NCBI GenBank assembly: GCA_963932905.1
Contig: CAWVRN010000001.1
Location: 352,001-416,000, forward strand
Reading direction: 5' to 3'
DNA length: 64,000 nt
Source: an uncultured Bdellovibrio sp.
Lineage (GTDB): Bacteria; Bdellovibrionota; Bdellovibrionia; Bdellovibrionales; Bdellovibrionaceae
The translations under genes and the position numbers were made by a program. The notes under the pieces are model-generated. The model was not told the DNA's origin, did not search any database, and was given only the letters and a program-made list of their open reading frames with translations. Each line of letters starts with the position of its first letter. Position 1 is the stretch's first letter. Of the stretch, positions 20,801-28,478 are shown one piece after another.

Positions 20801-22936
20801 GAATATGATATTTTCAATCGTCTGACTCAGGTAACCTCCCCTAAAAACGAAATCACCAAGTATTCGTATGATGAACTAGGAAATCTTCTTTCCGTTTTGG
20901 ACCCAAAAAACAGGATGACTAGTTTTGAATATAACAGCCGAAATCAACTCATTAAGAAAACAGACGCTTTTGGCGCGATTGTCGAAATGAATTACGACGG
21001 CAACGGTAATATGACCTATATGAAGGACCCTAATGGTAATGTTAGGTCGATGCAGTACAACTTGGTGAATGACTTAACTCAGGTCACTTTACCTGACGAC
21101 GTCATCACATACATTTACGATGTTCCAGGAGAAAAAGCGATATCGGCAAGCAATAAGAATTCTACTATTTCTTATTTTAGAAATTTAAAGGGCCAGAATT
21201 TAAACGAATCTATTTCCGGCGCTGGTGATCTGTCAAGCTACCCTGATTTTTACATATCATCAGAATACAATCGTCGTGATTTGCTATCAGAGCAGCAAAC
21301 TCCTGTGGGAAATATTTCCTATGGCTACGATGAACTTAATCGCCTAACCAGCATGAACGCATTTTCAAAAAGCTACAGTTTTAAATATGATGGAGCTTCA
21401 CGACTGAACGAAGTCATAAGAGGAAATATTAAAACTAGCTACGCCTATCAAGATCAGCAGCTTAGAAAAATTACTCATGCTAACTCTAGCGTGTCGCTAG
21501 CTGAGTATGAATACAGCTACGATTTACGAAACTATCCGACACAAAAAAGGTCTCTGGCTAGCGTTGTCGACTATGGTTACGATCAAAATGGCCAGCTAAT
21601 TCAGGCAAGCGGCAGCACAGTCAGTGAGACTTACAGCTATGACAATATTGGAAATCGAATTTCTGATCAAAGTCGCACCTACGAATACGACGTCACGGGC
21701 CAGAGGTTAAATCAGGACTCGTTCTTTACGTATCAATATGACAATAACGGCAACTTAATAAATAAAATTTCAAGGGATGGTCTAAAAGAATCGCACCACT
21801 ATGAGTATTCAAGTCTGAATCAGCTGATAAAGGTGCAGGTAATGAGTGGTTCAATCGGAGCACTTGCCACCATACGCGAGATTAGCTACGCTTATGATGT
21901 GCTAGGACGTCGAATGCAGAAAAGCGTAAAGGACTTCGTGAACTCTAAAGCTTACACCAGAAAATATGCATACAACGGCAGTAACATCGTTGCAGAGTAT
22001 GATGGCGGTAATGCACTCCTAGCAAAGTACACGCATTCGCCATTATCGGCTGATGATTTGCTTGCGGCTGACATTTCCGGTCAAGGCGTGGCAGCTGGTA
22101 TAAGCAATCAAAGCGGAGTTTTGTATTACTTAAAAGATCACCTGAACTCTGTCACTGAAATCGCTAACGAAGCTGGAAATGTAGTTCAAAAATTTGAATA
22201 TTCTAGTTTTGGAGAGATTCAAAAGATTAAAGACGGCAGTGATAATGTGGTGTCATTCACTCAAGCTCCGGTAAAAACAAGTTTTACATACACAGGTAGA
22301 GAGTTTGAACCTGAGACTGGGCTTTATTATTATCGTGCGCGATACTATGAATCGAGTAATGGGCGATTCTTACAACAAGATCCTGATCCTGGAGTTTTGC
22401 GATTGCCCGAAACAATCAACAATCGATATTCTTATACTGCGAACAGTCCTTCCTTTAAATCCGACCCAAGTGGCAAGGTTTGGTGGGTCGTTGTTGTTGC
22501 TATTGTCTCTTTTGCTACGACGGCTTTCGAAAATAATCGTAATGGAGGAAACTTCCTCCAACAATACGTTAAGAATTTTGCGATTAGCGCGCTACTATAT
22601 GGAATTGGTTATGGCATTGGAGAGCTTTTTGGCTTCCCAACTGCGTATCAAGGCGCGAGCGCAAGTCAAGTCGCTATAGACTCTGCTCGTTCAATTGGGA
22701 TTAATGCCGGTATCGAAATTGGTGCGGCTAATGGCTATTGGAGCAGGGATACGGCTACCCTTGGGCTTTTAGGAATCGGATACGGCGATGCCTATTCGAC
22801 GGATCAACTACAAAATGGAACTGATGCGGCTTTGGTTTTGGGTAATATTCTTACTGGCAATGGCCCTACCAGATATCCAATAGGTCCGGCAATAGGAGGA
22901 TTCATTGCAGTGGATGCACAAATACCTAAGTTTTAA
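14876..22936 (+). CDS. Teneurin-like RHS/YD-repeat protein with Ig-like stalk and C-terminal toxin domain
   Basis: ATG at 14876 after AAGGGGAG; Sec signal peptide; DTTAP/D.AGN Ig-like repeats; NHL repeats (IYIADFGNNRIRKID, LYVADTGYHRVVRID); YD repeats; RHS core YTGRE...YYYRARYY...QDP...DPSG. Confidence 0.92.
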   Translation: MYRLTAIAILLFAQFVLAQNTADQVVVFPDKTYRGSFKSVNQVTETISVTSDAIKNDFIIKMKNADGQNHENVVCAGGLLQKCSCGLKNLANLLYRTFFRVEYAEITWNGKKVVDASTFNKNVALLSVSVKPELNNSLVIKYRGFFTSYFSLGIYRPSSPKDTTAPTILTQLRSNTFTNQKSVSVEIQDISNVTSTVSINGAVVKSSTAKSFTFDLVNGNNNIEIKSQDQFNNIASPVLISNVVLDQTNPSISLSSNDPVYVNSLPKTLAVQFISNEPLKSLLVNSNQVSLDESGKIGVYNLNVLQSGANNVAVQPTDLAGNVSNQNLSLSVILDNTAPVITFGIAEGTLTNQSLIVVPVKITEANDVHSIIKVNGVDVLRTGAKEFDFEASLLLEGENQIQVESTDIAGNIAISEILKIQRDTVVPILTITSPTPNQILQDIQFTLSGSFSEAVSTLKINNKDIVLSADKKSFSIQYLTQYEGVQEIQFLAEDLAGNILEKSISIEIHSPLLVPELISLTQVEDQVFIHGAQQASRPGLTIKASEGFLSFNTDESIVNPDGSFSLKLTPFQSATVSVEDPRVNQTSSFVVQFSGITRLSGIIRDINDVAIPNVTVSLSGTTFQTVTNGQGAFSFELNISGDQTLNFDGSTVPTSFTGPSRYFSKSSMSINLGYAQQNILNRPIYLTPTLLDGTQTQVVANQPANVSSSHAPGVELAVPSNASVFPSGSGQGSINIMTIPSDKVTVPVPASAVPNAVVSLEPSGLRFNQRVELTLPNSYELKPNTDMVIFSMNSAKGAWEIDGIAKVSSDGQKIKTLPNQGISHFSIVYAVPLMPTLTGLVDSNLNAVDSSKDSYETSLQLPSFKIGDESFSPQLKYKSIWANPTAFVSNYIEIPEKTITYSKSSASQTSSYSSVYVGKTCDIFRCYSRYADFYTNTFYNSSVNQVSSYVPNGIKSQFFISSIKSSDIATGNISSDLSKVTTEIFDDGERKGLVSKIANFSDLSQFSALPMRNMVSYAVELKDPSTNKYLESGLYPSLARYQIQLKNLTIKTVQDSVTNKGRFDSSYIPIDQRNIQQNTTTTKTTLETQVLSDFLPKDVTANVVVQNKVDSISGRGWKINGYQQILNPAARNIVIEEADGSVSTYEMSNIISTVYQPNNASIKLDQALDFSQWPKIVTSYVSDNGKSYLGEVDLSQAQPSSILGLFEIGSASGALGNQGTYICIESNYTGSFSTTRHSYLFQPQLSNLRRISNGRWIATDTRSHRVVEIGSMPKDIAGKKATIEEVLNLNFGIERIDANLDGVNQTCQSVFGVSCGMPVVDQANLSCTLALPNECPPGVICKPSPPKKFIASTGDGYLSTYEGDDIQGLANSGPNGIGLNSPQGVVLDSLNNIYIADFGNNRIRKIDAQTSTISTIAGNGQNLNFPENPGLGTSVSIYHPKQLLLNSQNELYISTEKGLILKLKTNGQIEKVAGLPVEEGGVFANQTNALVMALNNPNGMAIDESKNYLYVADTGYHRVVRIDLVNQQADVIAGNGSCNLQVSGDGFAATNASLCSPTFLHLDNDKNLIVQESGRKAIRKIQFTEDNQSQDLTFIASSKDLSVLIKHADGSWNRKFRDGSSVTFSSLGLQVSSTDRLGRQNIFSYDTENKISKISFFTGQEINYFYSGRLLNRIQDSSGRSTQFSYTDGKLTNVRLPDGAEKQFEYNEKGMLVSEENQLGQKLAIDYQSSNRVNKIKLADNKEVQWNDAVSKTLTTGSNDSNLLKGVGLASNQGNSQITDSNGGTTVLVPDINGYTSIASNAMGAQTTINRDFEGLPLAIVRPTGHATHFSYDPLTRDVASTSEYYNLDTDPVVRKFTYNSFGQVLTETQSVRGATDQTTVKEYSSEGLLLKITSPDGSKIEMTYDTNGFMKTRTVFPSLAAAGLTTTYIRNQKGWVIKLIGPDSKEVTFSYDLSGNVIEKIENISASTTAITKFEYDIFNRLTQVTSPKNEITKYSYDELGNLLSVLDPKNRMTSFEYNSRNQLIKKTDAFGAIVEMNYDGNGNMTYMKDPNGNVRSMQYNLVNDLTQVTLPDDVITYIYDVPGEKAISASNKNSTISYFRNLKGQNLNESISGAGDLSSYPDFYISSEYNRRDLLSEQQTPVGNISYGYDELNRLTSMNAFSKSYSFKYDGASRLNEVIRGNIKTSYAYQDQQLRKITHANSSVSLAEYEYSYDLRNYPTQKRSLASVVDYGYDQNGQLIQASGSTVSETYSYDNIGNRISDQSRTYEYDVTGQRLNQDSFFTYQYDNNGNLINKISRDGLKESHHYEYSSLNQLIKVQVMSGSIGALATIREISYAYDVLGRRMQKSVKDFVNSKAYTRKYAYNGSNIVAEYDGGNALLAKYTHSPLSADDLLAADISGQGVAAGISNQSGVLYYLKDHLNSVTEIANEAGNVVQKFEYSSFGEIQKIKDGSDNVVSFTQAPVKTSFTYTGREFEPETGLYYYRARYYESSNGRFLQQDPDPGVLRLPETINNRYSYTANSPSFKSDPSGKVWWVVVVAIVSFATTAFENNRNGGNFLQQYVKNFAISALLYGIGYGIGELFGFPTAYQGASASQVAIDSARSIGINAGIEIGAANGYWSRDTATLGLLGIGYGDAYSTDQLQNGTDAALVLGNILTGNGPTRYPIGPAIGGFIAVDAQIPKF
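21909..22402 (+). repeat. 494-bp direct repeat, copy 1 (RHS core)
   Basis: Appears identical to 23507-24000 (offset 1598). Confidence 0.9.
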
Positions 22937-22946
22937 AGAATACACT

Positions 22947-23495
22947 GTGCTGTTTTATATTGCTTTTTTTGTATTACTTTCCTCGTGTGCAACGAATGGC
23001 GTTCGTATAGAGGAAGGCCATTACGAAGTTGGGCAACAGCGAATATTCGCAGCTTTTAATCCAGAATTCATTTATTTGAACAAAGTTTCTAAAGAGGAAA
23101 TTATGGAAGATTTGGAGGTGGAGTTTAGAAAATATAAATATTTTAATTCGGATGGGTCCTCTATCTCTTCCAAGTATGTATTTAATGAACAATTCTCGAT
23201 GTCTAACACTAGAAATAGATATTCCGAAAAACTTAAAATGCTGTATCTATTTTCTTGCATCGTATACTGCGAAACAGCATACGATACCGTCTGGATAAAA
23301 CTATCCATTACTAAAGGAGAAAAGATAGTTTACGAAATTGAAAAAGAAGATACTATTACGTATCGTCAAAGCATATTTCTATTGCCTGGCGTTTTACTAC
23401 TTCCATTTGAGAACTACCCGAAAAAAGTAATATTAAACCTACACAAACGTGTTTTGGAGCAATCTCTTTTAGATCAGGTAAAATGGCTCGAGTGA
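22947..23495 (+). CDS. Putative immunity lipoprotein
   Basis: Directly follows the RHS stop; GTG start; lipobox LSSC; AT-rich. Confidence 0.65.
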   Translation: MLFYIAFFVLLSSCATNGVRIEEGHYEVGQQRIFAAFNPEFIYLNKVSKEEIMEDLEVEFRKYKYFNSDGSSISSKYVFNEQFSMSNTRNRYSEKLKMLYLFSCIVYCETAYDTVWIKLSITKGEKIVYEIEKEDTITYRQSIFLLPGVLLLPFENYPKKVILNLHKRVLEQSLLDQVKWLE

Positions 23496-23506
23496 GAACC
23501 GCAACA

Positions 23507-24000
23507 GTCGAATGCAGAAAAGCGTAAAGGACTTCGTGAACTCTAAAGCTTACACCAGAAAATATGCATACAACGGCAGTAACATCGTTGCAGAGTATGA
23601 TGGCGGTAATGCACTCCTAGCAAAGTACACGCATTCGCCATTATCGGCTGATGATTTGCTTGCGGCTGACATTTCCGGTCAAGGCGTGGCAGCTGGTATA
23701 AGCAATCAAAGCGGAGTTTTGTATTACTTAAAAGATCACCTGAACTCTGTCACTGAAATCGCTAACGAAGCTGGAAATGTAGTTCAAAAATTTGAATATT
23801 CTAGTTTTGGAGAGATTCAAAAGATTAAAGACGGCAGTGATAATGTGGTGTCATTCACTCAAGCTCCGGTAAAAACAAGTTTTACATACACAGGTAGAGA
23901 GTTTGAACCTGAGACTGGGCTTTATTATTATCGTGCGCGATACTATGAATCGAGTAATGGGCGATTCTTACAACAAGATCCTGATCCTGGAGTTTTGCGA
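23507..24000 (+). repeat. 494-bp direct repeat, copy 2 (RHS core)
   Basis: Appears identical to 21909-22402. Confidence 0.9.
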
Positions 24001-24636
24001 AGACCGAGCAGTATAGTTAACAAATTTGTGTACGCAGATAATCGACCGACGTTACTCACTGATCCTAATGGAAAATTTCCACTTTTTGCAGCAATTGTCG
24101 TTGCTGGTGTTGTAGGTGGAATCTTTGGTGGGTACAATGCAACTAGAAACGGAATGAGCTTTTGGTCTGGATTTGCTTCGGGAGCTTTAATTGGTGTTGG
24201 CAGTGTTGTTGCTACCTGGGCCGGTGCGGCCTTGCTGACGTCAGCTGTGGGAGCTATGGGCTACACTGTTGGAGGAGGTTCTGCGCTCGGAATAGTTGCA
24301 GGCGCCGTTGGTGGAGGGCTTGGGAACATGGTTCTTTATGGCGGACTTCTTGGTGCTCGAGGTACCTCTTTGTTCATTGCCGGCCTAGCCGGGGCATTAA
24401 GTGGAGGAATTGCTGGCGCTTATGGCTCCAACTATGGCCAAGCAGGCGGAATAGTTGCTCCAGCAAATCAGGCCACAGCCATAGAAGCCGTAGATTCGTT
24501 CAACAGGACGATTACTCCGATTGACATTACTAATGACCCGACGAAATTTATTAACGATCTTTTTAGGCAAAATCCAGATGGTAGCTGGTCAAATGGCGCA
24601 CCATCTATGGATGGATCACCGGTATATAGGCACTAG
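23512..24636 (+). CDS. Orphan RHS core with alternative C-terminal toxin cassette
   Basis: First ~163 aa identical to the main RHS core; diverges after DPDPGVLR; DPNG followed by a Gly/Ala-rich hydrophobic tip. Confidence 0.85.
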   Translation: MQKSVKDFVNSKAYTRKYAYNGSNIVAEYDGGNALLAKYTHSPLSADDLLAADISGQGVAAGISNQSGVLYYLKDHLNSVTEIANEAGNVVQKFEYSSFGEIQKIKDGSDNVVSFTQAPVKTSFTYTGREFEPETGLYYYRARYYESSNGRFLQQDPDPGVLRRPSSIVNKFVYADNRPTLLTDPNGKFPLFAAIVVAGVVGGIFGGYNATRNGMSFWSGFASGALIGVGSVVATWAGAALLTSAVGAMGYTVGGGSALGIVAGAVGGGLGNMVLYGGLLGARGTSLFIAGLAGALSGGIAGAYGSNYGQAGGIVAPANQATAIEAVDSFNRTITPIDITNDPTKFINDLFRQNPDGSWSNGAPSMDGSPVYRH

Positions 24637-24637
24637 T

Positions 24638-25243
24638 ATGGAAAAAATTTACTCGCCCAGTCTAGTATATAGTGGATACCTAAAGTTTATGTATTCAAAA
24701 CTGCTTCAAAGAAATATTCTATTGCCCCTATTGGGTTTCTATATATTTATGGTTTCTTTGAATGTTTTAGGCAAATCCATTCTACTTTCAGTGGAAATGA
24801 AAGAAATTGTTTTTGCGCCATTAGACCTTTTAGTGTCCCAAATGGAATACGTAGGACTTTTTATTCCCATTCTGATAGGCCTCTATATCGTATTTGCTTC
24901 GGGTATGTGGTTTCAAAAATTCACTATTCGTCAAAATAAAATTGTAGACCTTTTTCCAAAAGAAAAAGAGTTTAGTTTGTCTGATATTGTGCGGATCGTA
25001 CTTTTTTCTCCCAACCTAGGTCAAATTCATTTACAATCGGTATCTAATAAGTTAATGCACTCTGTATATTGGCATGGTAATAACGAAAAAGAATGGTTAG
25101 ATTTTTTAAATATCCTTGTGTCACAAAGGCCATCAATAAAAAATAAGATTTATATAAATACTGGCAAATGGCGAGTCGGGAAAATAGAAATTTCAACGGT
25201 TGAAGATAGCTACTCTGAAATTTTAAAAATCTACCATAAATGA
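24638..25243 (+). CDS. Putative membrane immunity protein for the orphan toxin
   Basis: ATG 1 nt after the orphan RHS stop; two TM helices. Confidence 0.65.
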   Translation: MEKIYSPSLVYSGYLKFMYSKLLQRNILLPLLGFYIFMVSLNVLGKSILLSVEMKEIVFAPLDLLVSQMEYVGLFIPILIGLYIVFASGMWFQKFTIRQNKIVDLFPKEKEFSLSDIVRIVLFSPNLGQIHLQSVSNKLMHSVYWHGNNEKEWLDFLNILVSQRPSIKNKIYINTGKWRVGKIEISTVEDSYSEILKIYHK

Positions 25244-25431
25244 AATTAGAAAAAATTTATTCTCCTAAGAAAATTTATAAAAATTTTTACAGCTTTGCTA
25301 AAGAAAATTCTCTTGGGAAAAATCAAATTCTGGTAGCGACTATATTTATATTCTTTTTTACTGCTGTACTGGCGCGACAGTATCAAGCTCATAAAACCTT
25401 GCCTATAAGGCCTTTCACGGTAAAGTTTTGA
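25240..25431 (+). pseudogene. Truncated paralog of the preceding immunity gene
   Basis: Shares the N-terminal EKIYSP motif and the position of the first TM, then ends at 63 aa. Confidence 0.5.
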
Positions 25432-25613
25432 AAAATTTCGTCTGGAGAAAAACATTTAGCATAGATCACTTGAAATTAACTAAGCACGGAAAGACCTGGC
25501 AGGTGAGAAACAAGGCCGCCAAATCTACCCTACTTTCCCGATCAACAAAACAGACTATTTAGAATTGTGAGTAAGCTAATTTAGATTACCAAAAATTTCA
25601 ACAAACTGATCAG

Positions 25614-26594
25614 CTATCGAAAATAAGAAAATCTACCGATTGAAATTTTGTTTTCGGTAGAAATTTCAAACAGTTTATTCAAATACAAATAACCAGTGGC
25701 TAGCATTTTTTCCGAAACTATAGCCTCACACCAACCCTGACGAAAAAAATAAGCGTGACGATCAATATCTTTTTTGAAGTCCAAATACGGATAACATGTC
25801 GATTCAACAACATCCCCCGCGAGCCAATACAAGTTATCACTCCCAACAAATTTAAAATAAAAAGGAACATCACCCCGACTAAGTTGAATTTTTTCAGAAT
25901 CAAGAATATTATCCGGAGGGTTGACTAACGAACTTTTATATTCTGATGTGTTTCTAACAATGACTCGAACGGGGTGGTCTTTCAAATCCAGATTCTCAAA
26001 AACGTTATCGATTTCTTTTTTCTTGCCCACCACGATACTAAACAAATCCAAATATCCATTTACCATTTCCTGCTTCTGTTCAAGAGTGTGCGCTGTTTTG
26101 TTATTTGCAAAAACACCAATACCAGCCAGTTCGTACCCAATATGTTTAAATGGCAAAAGCAGTGTCTCACTTGGCAAAATCAGCCGGGTAAACACGACTT
26201 CCGCATCGACGACTTGAAAATGACTTTCCGTTTTAATCAAGTTCTGCTTATGCAAGTCTCTGATTCCAAAAATATAACTGTAGGCGATGAGTACGCCAAA
26301 TGCATAAAAATGTTCGTTAGTAACATCCCCAGGCCATTCAACTACTTCTTTTGATCTACCTCGCCATTTTCCAAGTATTTCAATATCGAGATTAAACAAA
26401 TAGTGTGAAAGCGCTTTATAAGGATCGCGCGCTTTGATTTCAAAAATATTTTTAAGCGGACTTGTTTGTCCAAAGAACAACCATTCCCAGTAAACCGATC
26501 TGGGTTTATCATAATAAAAACAAGGCAAAGCGTCCGTGCCTCGCTGAACTCTTTTAACCTGCTGTCCGAAATTATGCGTATCTGCTAAAAACAC
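25614..26594 (-). CDS. Stand-alone LanM-type dehydratase/kinase domain (DUF4135-like), no cyclase
   Basis: Motifs DTHNFG, KPR, FGVLIAYSYIFGIRDLHKQN, VVDAE, VRVIVRNTSEY, E..QLSRGDVPFY. Confidence 0.85.
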   Translation of the reverse strand: MFLADTHNFGQQVKRVQRGTDALPCFYYDKPRSVYWEWLFFGQTSPLKNIFEIKARDPYKALSHYLFNLDIEILGKWRGRSKEVVEWPGDVTNEHFYAFGVLIAYSYIFGIRDLHKQNLIKTESHFQVVDAEVVFTRLILPSETLLLPFKHIGYELAGIGVFANNKTAHTLEQKQEMVNGYLDLFSIVVGKKKEIDNVFENLDLKDHPVRVIVRNTSEYKSSLVNPPDNILDSEKIQLSRGDVPFYFKFVGSDNLYWLAGDVVESTCYPYLDFKKDIDRHAYFFRQGWCEAIVSEKMLATGYLYLNKLFEISTENKISIGRFSYFR

Positions 26595-26599
26595 GAGTC

Positions 26600-26680
26600 C
26601 TATCCTGCTGAACTGAGTCCAGCATTGTGACTTTCAGCTTCCGCTTCTAAAGCTTCTAGGTCGATATAAACAATTTCCAT
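26600..26680 (-). CDS. Putative RiPP/signal precursor peptide MEIVYIDLEALEAEAESHNAGLSSAG (26 aa; not in the ORF track)
   Basis: Strong RBS GGGAGGG 3 nt before ATG; fills the gap between the kinase stop (26709) and the dehydratase start (26594); acidic leader and Ser-containing tail. Confidence 0.85.
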   Translation of the reverse strand: MEIVYIDLEALEAEAESHNAGLSSAG

Positions 26681-26708
26681 ATACCCTCCCTTTATTGGGT
26701 TAATTCCC

Positions 26709-28478
26709 TTATTGGACGAACTCCGAAGCCATTTGATTTTCAAAATCAAATTCGATTTCAGAAAGTGCATCTTTTGGGATTATTTTTACTTTTAATTCGC
26801 GAGCCCGGTTTTTGACTGCCTCATCGTCGTACATTCCTGTGACAAGAAAGCTCTCAAACTTAAGACCATGCCTGTCGATTAGGTCCAGGCCATTTGATTT
26901 TGATTTTAAATCGTAGTCCATCAAGAACAGACGTGATGAAAAAATGTCATTTTCATTCTTTAGCAACCATTTATCAAGTTCAGTATCCGAGTATAAGTGA
27001 ACAAGCTTTAGCATATCAACATCATCTTGGAGGATATGCTCCCACGTTTTATGAATAAGCTCATCGTCGTCTACAATTACTAACTCTTGGCCTGGAAACA
27101 ATTTGATTCGGCTACCTTGGCTTAACATGTTCACGCGTTTTTCAGGAATTAAAGGAACCGTCAAAGTAATCGCCGTCCCAATACCTTCCTCTGACACAAT
27201 TTCTACTCTGCCGTTTAGCGAATCCAAAATATTTTTAACATGAAAAAGTCCAAGGCCACTGCCGTTTGTCTTTCCAAAGGTGGCGCCCTCGCTCATTAAC
27301 TTAGGAATTATGTCTTTAGGAATACCTTTGCCTGAATCTTTGATAAGGATCAAAATGTTTCCTTCATCCTTCGACAGACTTAATTGTATTTGGCCTTTAT
27401 CTGAAATAGCTTCAATGGAGTTTGTAACTAAATTTAGCAATGCCAAGGTTATCTGAGTGCCTGATCCCGCCATTACTAATTTTGGCCCAACACGATTTAC
27501 AAAATCTATTTCTATAGACGTCGTGAAATTCACGCTAAGCTCATTTCGTTTTTGTTCTACAATCTGGTTGATAATTTGAACTAGTTCGAATTCATCAACC
27601 TGCTTTGGTTCGCCAGTTGCGTTTGACTTGATTAATTTTTTTGAAACTGACGAGATTTGATCAACGATTTTCTTAAGAGCTTCTTTGTCCAATTCACTGT
27701 TTCCATTTGATTTATTTAGGCAAAGAGACAGTGCGCTTAGAGAGCCATTCAGGGCATGACTGACTTGTTTTGCCATTTCTATTTGGCCTTCTAAAAACTT
27801 TTTTTGAGAAACTTCAGATTCAAGTTCATTTATTCGTTGAAAAAGTCGCTCCAGCGAAGAATCAAGTTTTTTAAGTTCGTCAATTTTCACGTCCTCTAGT
27901 AAAAGCCCATTTTTTGCTGTATGGGACAAATTACTTTGCGCTTGAGTTAGCGTTTCAATTCGATTTTCAAGTGGTTTTGCAATTTTATTTGCTACTTTCG
28001 AAAGACTCTTTTTTAAGCTTAAAAATACCAAAATTAAAAATCCTGCAAATACTGAGATCAGGGCGAGCAACCGATATAGTGGGCTCATGAGATCAGTTTC
28101 GATTTCAAGTTTCATCACTTGACCGTTTGGTAAAACTTCTGAGTATGAGTCAAATGATGAAAATCCAAATTTTGTCAGAGGGCCAGCATGTGCCCAATGT
28201 CGCTCATTTAAAAAAAGATCTGCGCGAACGGGAAACTCTTGGGTTTTTGACCACGTATCAACAATTCGATTCAATTCGCCATCAAGATTGAAAGTATTTT
28301 GACTAGTCACCTGCGCAACTATTATTTCCTTTAAATGTGAAACGATAAATTGTTTTGATTGTTCTTTGGTGTGTATGCTCCACACTAAAGCGTATACTAC
28401 AATCCCTGCGATGGCCGCCACTAAGCTTAGTGTAAGAATGGTTTTTACTTTCTGGTGAATCAGTTTTGATAGTTTCAA
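26709..28478 (-). CDS. Hybrid sensor histidine kinase (2 TM, HisKA, HATPase, C-terminal receiver)
   Basis: QVSHAL H-box, NLVTNSIEA, DSGKGI, GSGLGL; IVDDD...MDYDL receiver. Confidence 0.92.
   Translation of the reverse strand: MKLSKLIHQKVKTILTLSLVAAIAGIVVYALVWSIHTKEQSKQFIVSHLKEIIVAQVTSQNTFNLDGELNRIVDTWSKTQEFPVRADLFLNERHWAHAGPLTKFGFSSFDSYSEVLPNGQVMKLEIETDLMSPLYRLLALISVFAGFLILVFLSLKKSLSKVANKIAKPLENRIETLTQAQSNLSHTAKNGLLLEDVKIDELKKLDSSLERLFQRINELESEVSQKKFLEGQIEMAKQVSHALNGSLSALSLCLNKSNGNSELDKEALKKIVDQISSVSKKLIKSNATGEPKQVDEFELVQIINQIVEQKRNELSVNFTTSIEIDFVNRVGPKLVMAGSGTQITLALLNLVTNSIEAISDKGQIQLSLSKDEGNILILIKDSGKGIPKDIIPKLMSEGATFGKTNGSGLGLFHVKNILDSLNGRVEIVSEEGIGTAITLTVPLIPEKRVNMLSQGSRIKLFPGQELVIVDDDELIHKTWEHILQDDVDMLKLVHLYSDTELDKWLLKNENDIFSSRLFLMDYDLKSKSNGLDLIDRHGLKFESFLVTGMYDDEAVKNRARELKVKIIPKDALSEIEFDFENQMASEFVQ

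Noticed and set aside
25614..26680. Classical class II lanthipeptide cluster
   Set aside because: No LanC cyclase domain, no Cys in the peptide, no LanT/C39 transporter
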